20,137 nucleotides of DNA from Sulfurimonadaceae bacterium (GTDB lineage Bacteria > Campylobacterota > Campylobacteria > Campylobacterales > Sulfurimonadaceae). The notes beneath the pieces were generated by a model. The model ran no database searches and was not told the origin of the DNA. It saw only the letters and a program-made list of their open reading frames with translations. The position numbers and the translations under genes are program-made. Below are positions 1 through 6,228 of this stretch, piece after piece; positions within the stretch are counted from its first letter, which is position 1; each line of letters starts with the position of its first letter. The DNA lies in NCBI GenBank assembly GCA_041562555.1, contig JBFEXS010000029.1, forward strand, positions 1 to 20,137, given 5' to 3'.

Positions 1-1
1 A

Positions 2-316
2 CTTACAAAAGCTCTACTCGACGCCGTAGGCTTTATTGTGATCGGAACGGCGGTTTTTGACGTCTCAAAATTTCTGATGGAAGAAGAAGTCTTAAAAGTT
101 CATGGTGAGGAAACAAGCTTGAAACAGAGAACCACGTTAATTAAATTTCTCGTAATCATTACCATTGCCGTCTCCCTTGAAGCTTTGGTGTTTGTTTTTA
201 CCGCAGCGAAAAAAGATATCAGTCTATTGATCTATCCAACCTTTCTGCTCTTGACCGCTGTAATGCTGGTGATCGGTTTGGGTATTTACCAAAAAATGAC
301 CCGGGAGGAACCATGA
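2..316 (+). CDS. C-terminal part of an integral membrane protein (5' end outside window)
   Basis: The frame is open from base 2 (LTKALLDAVGFIVIGTAVFDVSKFLMEEEV...) to the TGA at 314-316 and encodes three hydrophobic segments. Confidence 0.7.
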   Translation, partial: LTKALLDAVGFIVIGTAVFDVSKFLMEEEVLKVHGEETSLKQRTTLIKFLVIITIAVSLEALVFVFTAAKKDISLLIYPTFLLLTAVMLVIGLGIYQKMTREEP

Positions 317-453
317 GCATCGATGTCAAAGTACACGATCAACCTACAAAACGGGTAATGTAACGGTTAACATAATACGTTATAGCTTTCTTTAGGGCAT
401 AGTGACGTGACAGCTAGGACTATTGGTCTGCTTTGATATCACAATAGTTCCCG

Positions 454-1209
454 TTATTGCAATGCATTCAAAACAGCCTTGAATTTTCCTGCCCCTTCTG
501 TGTGTATGTAGGCATTGGCTGTTTCGATCAATGACTGGATATTGGCTGTATCTATGTTGTCCATCTGACTTTGGGCGTAGGTGAGTTTGGGTTCAAGCCG
601 ATAGTATTTGAGTCCTGCTTGCTGCAAGGCGGTCAACTGGCTGTGTGTTACTGCTTGAACAGCATCAAGTACGATGCTCATTAATCCGCCCCTGCTGTGA
701 TCAGCGCCTTCAAGGTTGTCCAGTTTCTCGACCATCCAGGGCCCCATCCCCCAATTCCCCTCTTTCGGGACGAGTCCCGCTACGGCATTGCTGTTGATAT
801 CGACACCTGCGCCGGCTTCGTAGATCCCTGTTCCTATGGAGATGACGATGATATCTTCCAGATGGGAGGCAATACCTGTTCTTAAGGCTTCCGTGACACC
901 CCAAATAGCCGGATTGTTGGACATGGTGCCCCCGTCGACTACCCACCTATTGGCCGCAGAGGATCTAAGCTCACCTTTTCCGCCCACATTGGCGATCGGA
1001 AAATAGGTAGGAGCCGCACTGGTTCCCCGGGCAGCTTCCCATACATAATAGTCATTGCCTGCGGAGTGCTTGACGGCGTCAAACCAGTTGAACAGATAGG
1101 GACCGAAATCCTCACCGCGAACAGGTGTTGATGTTTTGTTCTGGCTGTTGTTTACAATATAGGACGTGGTGAACATATGCTTGACACGATTATCGGGGAG
1201 TCTCTGCAT
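454..1209 (-). CDS. Patatin-like phospholipase, N-terminally truncated (C-terminal half only; possible remnant)
   Basis: Motifs VWEAARGTSAAPTYFP, VDGGTMSNNPA, IIVISIGTG, YYRL and MDN are present. There is no GGGxRG or GxSxG motif. The ATG at 1209 lies 1 nt after the stop of the upstream small ORF; the track's start at 1287 overlaps that ORF. Confidence 0.8.
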   Translation of the reverse strand: MQRLPDNRVKHMFTTSYIVNNSQNKTSTPVRGEDFGPYLFNWFDAVKHSAGNDYYVWEAARGTSAAPTYFPIANVGGKGELRSSAANRWVVDGGTMSNNPAIWGVTEALRTGIASHLEDIIVISIGTGIYEAGAGVDINSNAVAGLVPKEGNWGMGPWMVEKLDNLEGADHSRGGLMSIVLDAVQAVTHSQLTALQQAGLKYYRLEPKLTYAQSQMDNIDTANIQSLIETANAYIHTEGAGKFKAVLNALQ

Positions 1210-1210
1210 T

Positions 1211-1375
1211 TTATCGTGACTGCTCGAAAGTGAGACCTTCGGGCCATACATTCTCTGCCTGTAAGGCTCGATCCGCCTTGGAGACATAGGGTGTTTTCGA
1301 GGAGGTCTTTAATTTTGCACGGGCACGTTTGAGGCGCTTATCGTGCATCTTCTGGATCTTTTTTTGCCGATTCAT
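1211..1375 (-). CDS. Small basic protein, DUF2986-like (54 aa; not in ORF track)
   Basis: Manual translation gives MNRQKKIQKMHDKRLKRARAKLKTSSKTPYVSKADRALQAENVWPEGLTFEQSR*. It has an ATGA overlap with the stop of the upstream gene and matches the MNRxKKI...K...YxSKAxR pattern of DUF2986. Confidence 0.75.
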   Translation of the reverse strand: MNRQKKIQKMHDKRLKRARAKLKTSSKTPYVSKADRALQAENVWPEGLTFEQSR

Positions 1376-1911
1376 GCCTGAGCTTTGTTCTTCATACTCT
1401 CTATGAGACTCTCCAGCGCCACTTTTTCGTCTTTTTCCTCATTACTGATGCCCTTGTTCTCAAGGGTCTTGACGATCAGGAGTTGAAATGCTTCAAAGGA
1501 GTGTTTGAGTATCGGGCTCAGACCTACCTCTTTTTCAAGACTGTCGGGCACGATAGCCAGCAGGCTGACGTGAGGAAGGACCTCTCCTCTGCGCTCTAAC
1601 ATGTTCAGGCACTCCAGGACACCCATATCTTCCGAACTTTCATTGGTGCCTAGACCACGGAACTTGTCCATAGGAAAATGATAAAGCGAACCCGGGGTGT
1701 CATCAATCCCGATGACATCCAACACAAGGACCTCTTCATACTGTTTCAGTATGTTCAGGATACTGATCTCCAGGCTGTCTCCATGGATGATATCCACACT
1801 GGGTGAAAAACTATAGTTGGATTCGATGTAGTTACTCGCGTAGAGCGCGATGCCCTCATCTTTGTTTGAGATGTTTCCGGAGCTTAAGATAGCAAATTGT
1901 TTTTTATTCAT
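1372..1911 (-). CDS. Hydrogenase maturation protease-like protein (HyaD/HybD/HydD family), degenerate
   Basis: GNxxxKDEGIA, VLVLDVIGIDDTPGSLY, LLAIVP and VGLS align with HydD-type proteases. The metal-binding His motif is absent. Confidence 0.8.
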   Translation of the reverse strand: MNKKQFAILSSGNISNKDEGIALYASNYIESNYSFSPSVDIIHGDSLEISILNILKQYEEVLVLDVIGIDDTPGSLYHFPMDKFRGLGTNESSEDMGVLECLNMLERRGEVLPHVSLLAIVPDSLEKEVGLSPILKHSFEAFQLLIVKTLENKGISNEEKDEKVALESLIESMKNKAQA

Positions 1912-1917
1912 GGGCGA

Positions 1918-1925
1918 ATTTTAAC
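1918..1925 (-). promoter_or_regulatory. -10 box gtTAAAAT of a probable leaderless transcript
   Basis: The minus strand reads gtTAAAAT-tcgccc-ATG, a 6-nt spacer to the ATG at 1911, with no SD. Confidence 0.6.
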
Positions 1926-1972
1926 GGAATTTCCTAAAATAGGAAGGAGGGAGAATGACTAAGAAGAAAAAC

Positions 1973-2398
1973 TCAGTCTCGGTCTTTCATCTTGGGCATC
2001 TTGACCTCTGGTTCGCCGAAGAATACGTCGGTATAGATACGTGCGATCTCTTCATTTTCGCTAAAGTGCTGCAGTGTGTTGTAAAACATCTCCTCGATCT
2101 GCTTGATCTCTTCTTCCGTACTGCTCAGGGGTGTGTTTTTGATGATGCACAGGGCGAGATCACTGGCCGTCTCCCCCGGCATGCTGTCGCGTTTGTCCGC
2201 CCAGACAGTAAAGAGCTCTGCGGGGAGTTCGCGGTTGTCATAGACTTCACTGGCAAGGATCCTCTGGGCATCCATCAATCTGGAGATGGCAAAACTCAGA
2301 TCGTTTTGCGAAGGAAACATCCCTTCGGGTGAGTATTGGGTATTGGGGTCTTTGTGCGCCTGGATAAGATTATTGATGATGGTGTCAAAATGTTTCAT
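1973..2398 (-). CDS. Hypothetical protein (141 aa)
   Basis: SD GAGGA lies upstream of the ATG and a TATACT -10 sits at 2461-2456 on the minus strand. The composition is acidic and protein-like; I recognise no family. Confidence 0.75.
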   Translation of the reverse strand: MKHFDTIINNLIQAHKDPNTQYSPEGMFPSQNDLSFAISRLMDAQRILASEVYDNRELPAELFTVWADKRDSMPGETASDLALCIIKNTPLSSTEEEIKQIEEMFYNTLQHFSENEEIARIYTDVFFGEPEVKMPKMKDRD

Positions 2399-2462
2399 AG
2401 GGGTATCCTCGAATCAAAACAGGGTGTTGTTCTTCATGCTTTATTTGAAAATGAAAGTATAA

Positions 2463-2501
2463 CGGATTCGTCCGCTAAATATAAGAGTCTGGATGAATCC
2501 G
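2463..2501. repeat. Inverted repeat CGGATTCGTCC-N17-GGATGAATCCG
   Basis: 11-bp arms with one mismatch (G:U as RNA), immediately upstream of the minus-strand TATACT -10 box. Confidence 0.6.
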
Positions 2502-2674
2502 GTATCATGTATACAGAAGGTTCTATTGCTTGTATTACCTTAGGTTTTGTATGTCGGAAGAAAAAAGGGGTGTCCTTACAGTCGGATAATGTTACTATGT
2601 TTGCATAGGTGCATTGTTGTCATAAAAGATGCAGCTTTATTGAGTGACGTTTATGAAACAAAAGGAGGAGCGGT

Positions 2675-3517
2675 ATGAAGACGATTTTCAGCATCCTCGA
2701 AAACCGTGCACCAAAGACGATCATCAATCTCTCTTTTTTGGTTATCTTGCTTCTGGGTCTTTTTCAGATCATTACAGGAAATGGCATCGATATTACTCCG
2801 CTGTATGTCTTCCCGCCTTTGTTCAGCAGTTGGTATGGCTCAAGAAAAGCCGGTCTTTTGTCGGCCTTGCTTTCAGTGTTTGTCTTAAGTGCGGCAGAAG
2901 TGATTACTTCGGAGTTTGCATGGACACTGGAAGGTATAGTGTTGTTTGGCATGCCTTATCTGTTCACTTATGCGTTATTGGCGGCTTTAATCACAAACTT
3001 CAGGGATGTTCACCGCATAGAAGCCCATGCGGCGGATACCGATAGTTTGACGGGTGTCCATAGTGCCCGCAGCTTTTATGCAGAGCTTGCCAATGAACTG
3101 CTTCGTTGCAAAAGGTATGATCATCAGTTTTCACTGGCATATCTTGATGTCGATGATTTTAAGCAGATCAATGATTCGCTGGGACACGCCGTGGGGGATA
3201 CGTTGCTCAAAGAGGTCGCGAACTGTCTGGTAAGGTCCTTGCGATCCACGGATATCGTGGCGAGGCTGGGGGGCGATGAGTTTGTCTGCTTATTGCCTGA
3301 AACCGATCAGAGCGCGACAAGACCGGCATTCTTCAAGGCGGTTGATCTGTTGAACAAACAGATGTCAAAGCATAGATGGGATGTAGGCTTTAGTATAGGG
3401 GTCGTTACATTTGAAAACCTGCCCGAAGATATAAAAGAGGCGATTGATGCCGCCGATCAATTGATGTACAGTGTCAAAAACCACCATAAGAACAATGTTG
3501 CCTATGAGGTATATTGA
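2675..3517 (+). CDS. Membrane-anchored diguanylate cyclase (GGDEF)
   Basis: About four N-terminal TM helices, then TDSLTG, DVDDFKQINDSLGHAVGD and RSTDIVARLGGDEF (RxxD I-site plus intact GGDEF). Strong SD AGGAGG. Confidence 0.95.
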   Translation: MKTIFSILENRAPKTIINLSFLVILLLGLFQIITGNGIDITPLYVFPPLFSSWYGSRKAGLLSALLSVFVLSAAEVITSEFAWTLEGIVLFGMPYLFTYALLAALITNFRDVHRIEAHAADTDSLTGVHSARSFYAELANELLRCKRYDHQFSLAYLDVDDFKQINDSLGHAVGDTLLKEVANCLVRSLRSTDIVARLGGDEFVCLLPETDQSATRPAFFKAVDLLNKQMSKHRWDVGFSIGVVTFENLPEDIKEAIDAADQLMYSVKNHHKNNVAYEVY

Positions 3518-3531
3518 TAGGAATAGACATA

Positions 3532-3789
3532 TTATAGGTGCTCTAACTCTTTTATGATGTGTTCTTTAAAGGCATCGAGCCTGAGGGCTCTCTCTTCCAG
3601 GTCTTTTGTGAACGAGGCGATAAGTGCTTTGTCGATGCTCTCTTTGACACGGTTGGTCTCATCTGTGTCAATGGCACCCAGTTCGCCCAGCTCCTGTGAA
3701 AAACGCTGATAGTTCTCTTTGGTGGGTTCATCTATGTAGCGTATCAGCGTCTCTTTAACGGCAATAGCGATCTCTTTTACCGATCCCAT
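3532..3789 (-). CDS. Hypothetical protein (85 aa, helical)
   Basis: SD AAGGA upstream and a TACACT -10 candidate at 3832-3827. It converges on the GGDEF gene. Confidence 0.7.
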   Translation of the reverse strand: MGSVKEIAIAVKETLIRYIDEPTKENYQRFSQELGELGAIDTDETNRVKESIDKALIASFTKDLEERALRLDAFKEHIIKELEHL

Positions 3790-3849
3790 ACGTATCCTTG
3801 GAGTTGTGATGTTGTCATTGAGCTGTAGTGTATCGCTAAAATAAAAAAA

Positions 3850-3864
3850 TGATTATAAATTTCA
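3850..3864. promoter_or_regulatory. Fur/PerR-family-like box TGATTAT-A-AATTTCA
   Basis: 11/14 match to the 7-1-7 consensus TGATAAT-n-ATTATCA, in a divergent AT-rich intergenic region. Confidence 0.35.
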
Positions 3865-3942
3865 ACTACTTTTTTCAGACTATGCCTATTTTGTTTAGAA
3901 TAACTATACTTCCATCATGTAAATTGCCAAAGGAAATGCCTT

Positions 3943-4278
3943 ATGTATACAGTCACGATGGAAAAAGAGTGTGCGTGTTTTAAAAAGAGCGAGTACAGCA
4001 ACAATGTCACCTTTGAGACACAGCAGGAAGCCTATCAGTACGGCAAGATCGTCGAAGAGCTGATGAACGAAGAGTTTTGCGGTAAACATACCTTCTATTC
4101 AGAACCGGGAGAGGGAGACAGTTTTGTGATCCGTGTCGCTATGAATGCGACCTTTGTCTCCGGATGCAGTACAGGGGTAAGCTGTGATGTCGGCTGCGGT
4201 TCGACGGATGATTGGACCCTTGAAGCGACTGAGAACCCGGATAAGGGGAGCTGCGGCACAGGCTGCGGCTGCGCATAG
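3943..4278 (+). CDS. Small Cys-rich hypothetical protein (111 aa), putative metal-binding
   Basis: SD AAGGA. Nine Cys occur in ECACFK, EFCGKH, GCSTGVSCDVGCGS and GSCGTGCGCA. Confidence 0.8.
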   Translation: MYTVTMEKECACFKKSEYSNNVTFETQQEAYQYGKIVEELMNEEFCGKHTFYSEPGEGDSFVIRVAMNATFVSGCSTGVSCDVGCGSTDDWTLEATENPDKGSCGTGCGCA

Positions 4279-4286
4279 GAGTTCGG

Positions 4287-4646
4287 ATGTCTCAAGCCAG
4301 TAAAGAGAAAAAGATCAAAGAAATCGCAGATTTTCTGGAGAACAACGGTATCGATCCCCGATCGGCGGTCGAGTTCAAACATAAGTTTGAGACCTTTTAC
4401 TACGTGGGTGGGAGCAGACGCTTTGCCGAAGAGACACGTATCGGTTTCAATCTTATCGTTGAGAGTGATATCCATGTCTCCATGCATGAGATCAATGATA
4501 TCGATTTCGAGACGGCATTCAGCGTGGCTAAGCAGGAGTTCGTGTATGACGACGATAAAGAGACCCTGACGATCACGGGTACGGACTCAAGCAAACACGC
4601 CGAGCCTTACAGGATCGTCATCAACAGTATCTATCTGGACTTCTAG
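4287..4646 (+). CDS. Hypothetical protein (119 aa)
   Basis: SD AGGAG overlaps the previous stop; the 8-nt gap suggests an operon with the Cys-rich gene. Confidence 0.8.
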   Translation: MSQASKEKKIKEIADFLENNGIDPRSAVEFKHKFETFYYVGGSRRFAEETRIGFNLIVESDIHVSMHEINDIDFETAFSVAKQEFVYDDDKETLTITGTDSSKHAEPYRIVINSIYLDF

Positions 4647-5068
4647 TCCTGATGCATCTTATTCGCTAGATAATCGGCAGTCGGAGCATCCACCGAGTTG
4701 ACGTGCATGACGATCCATTCGGGAGTCTTGCGGACAAAGTTGATGATCTTGTTGAGGTCCCCATACTCTTTCCATAACTTGGTCGAATACTGAAGATCGG
4801 CGAGAAACATATCGTGGGCCATCTTATGCATCTCGTAGGATGGAAAGTTATACTCCAGCATCAGTTTTTCCTCGTTGGAAAAGTGCATGTTCACATGTTC
4901 GATATACTCATCTATCTTGCTTTCAAGCTCTTCGAGCGTAGCATTTTCCCGCTCATACAAGATAGCGAGTTTATCGATGTCGTTTAAGATCTTGATCTCA
5001 TCTTCGTGGGTCTGCTGCATCTGATCGACGCTCATAAATTCTACCTGTTCTATATATACCAATCCCAT
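4643..5068 (-). CDS. Bacteriohemerythrin (single-domain, 141 aa)
   Basis: Di-iron ligand pattern H...HFSNEE...HKMAH...HVNSVD and the NFPSY motif. The true start is ATG 5068 with SD AAGGAG; the track's 5251 start is too long. Confidence 0.93.
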   Translation of the reverse strand: MGLVYIEQVEFMSVDQMQQTHEDEIKILNDIDKLAILYERENATLEELESKIDEYIEHVNMHFSNEEKLMLEYNFPSYEMHKMAHDMFLADLQYSTKLWKEYGDLNKIINFVRKTPEWIVMHVNSVDAPTADYLANKMHQD

Positions 5069-5086
5069 AATCTCTCCTTTTTGATA

Positions 5087-5128
5087 ATTATAATACAGAG
5101 GACTGTAAGATCCGTTGATATATGTCAA
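5087..5128 (-). promoter_or_regulatory. Hemerythrin promoter: TATAAT -10 (5092-5087) and FNR/CRP-family box TTGAC-ATAT-ATCAA (5128-5115)
   Basis: 9/10 match to TTGAT-N4-ATCAA. The box centre is at -41.5 if the -10 occupies -12..-7. Confidence 0.65.
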
Positions 5129-5175
5129 GATACTGCCGGGTGACGAAAATGTCATAAAAATATAAAAAAATGTTA

Positions 5176-5184
5176 TGTTATAAT
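5176..5184 (+). promoter_or_regulatory. Extended -10 TGtTATAAT
   Basis: Consensus extended -10 upstream of the SD AAGGAG and the TTG start at 5220. Confidence 0.55.
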
Positions 5185-5219
5185 GATTGCTCATATCTAT
5201 CGAATCCAGAAGGAGTCTC

Positions 5220-5579
5220 TTGAAGCCAAATATTCTTCCTTTCCTTGCCATTGTCTTTGCGACGATCTTCTGGGTGATCGATGCGATGATCGATACCTAT
5301 CTTTTCAATGAGGATGAATCGGTCATGGAAAACATATTCTTTGCCGAGCCTGTCGAGCTGTGGATGAGGGTCCTGGTGGTCATACTGTTTATCGTCATGT
5401 CCTTTATCGCCAAATATCTGTTGAAAAAAGAGCAGAAAGCCCGGCGCAAGTTACAGGAGTACAAAGAGAATCTGGAGAAGATGATAGATGAACGCACGCA
5501 GGAGCTCAAAGAGGAGATCGAGACCCGCAAGAAGATCGAAGACGCAATGGAAAAACTGCTTCAGCTGAATGAAAAATAA
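5220..5579 (+). CDS. Two-TM membrane protein with a C-terminal signalling-helix coiled coil and no output domain
   Basis: TTG start with SD AAGGAG, two TM segments, and LEKMIDERTQELKEEIETRKKIE, typical of the S-helix linkers of sensor proteins. Confidence 0.75.
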   Translation: MKPNILPFLAIVFATIFWVIDAMIDTYLFNEDESVMENIFFAEPVELWMRVLVVILFIVMSFIAKYLLKKEQKARRKLQEYKENLEKMIDERTQELKEEIETRKKIEDAMEKLLQLNEK

Positions 5580-5590
5580 TCTTTCCGAGT

Positions 5591-5893
5591 TTAACTTTTT
5601 TTAGAAAGTTGGCGTTTCCATAAACAGTAGGCGGAATAAGAGGGGTTGCCGTCGACCATCATACCGAACGCATGTTTATAACTGCAGCTATGTTTTTGCT
5701 TGTAGGCTTCTACTTCCTTGATCACCATCTCTTTGTCGGCCTGTTTGTATTTTCCCGAGAGGGATTTGACCAGATTGATCTGCTCGGTATAGGCATCCAT
5801 GATCATGATCTGCTCCTTTTTTTTCTGGAAGTCTACATCAATATGTATATCGTCAAACTGATACTTCGCAACTGCTTTTTTCTTTAAGTCCAA
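5591..5893 (-). CDS. Hypothetical basic protein (about 100 aa), possible C-terminal HTH
   Basis: The ORF fills the gap between its neighbours. The TTG start is uncertain. Confidence 0.6.
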   Translation of the reverse strand: MDLKKKAVAKYQFDDIHIDVDFQKKKEQIMIMDAYTEQINLVKSLSGKYKQADKEMVIKEVEAYKQKHSCSYKHAFGMMVDGNPSYSAYCLWKRQLSKKS

Positions 5894-5942
5894 TCACAAT
5901 AATAATCGTTAAACTTCTCTTTTATTTTGACGATGACAAAGG

Positions 5943-6227
5943 ATGAAAGTCATGAACCCGACAAACAGAGAAGTCCAACTTCGCAAGACCTGTCAGCTAT
6001 ACGAATATGTATTGATCTCCCTTGGGCAGGAAGTGCCTGAAGCGGTAGCAGCCTGCGCTGTATCCTATGATTATCCCGTGGAGTGCATGAAAGAACTGGT
6101 CTCCCTGCTGGAAAGTCTAAGCGGTGAGGAGTTTGAGAAGGTCGTCAACAATCCTGAATCCCAATCCGCCCGTGATCTTGCCCAGTGGTGGCAGATGTAT
6201 CAGACCTATATTCCCATAGAGAAGTAA
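5943..6227 (+). CDS. Hypothetical protein (start may be ATG 5952)
   Basis: SD AAGGA is better spaced for ATG 5952. There is a 1-nt gap to the next gene. Confidence 0.75.
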   Translation: MKVMNPTNREVQLRKTCQLYEYVLISLGQEVPEAVAACAVSYDYPVECMKELVSLLESLSGEEFEKVVNNPESQSARDLAQWWQMYQTYIPIEK

Positions 6228-6228
6228 G

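Noticed and set aside
454..2398. CBASS or other anti-phage system built around the patatin
   Set aside because: No CD-NTase or Cap-type gene is recognisable nearby, and the patatin lacks its catalytic Ser half.
1955..2608. Plus-strand ORFs 1955..2332 and 2336..2608, and similar shadow ORFs across the window
   Set aside because: They are antisense or alternate-frame shadows of better-supported genes and show no recognisable motifs.
1372..3517. Selenocysteine or readthrough at the TGA stops of these ORFs
   Set aside because: The TGA codons fall at natural protein ends (one in an ATGA overlap, one followed directly by TAG), not at Cys-equivalent positions.
5069..5251. N-terminal extensions in the ORF track (hemerythrin 5251, also tkt 13061, TrmH 16176, patatin 1287)
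   Set aside because: They run through promoters or neighbouring genes; downstream starts fit the SD or -10 position and the family start better.
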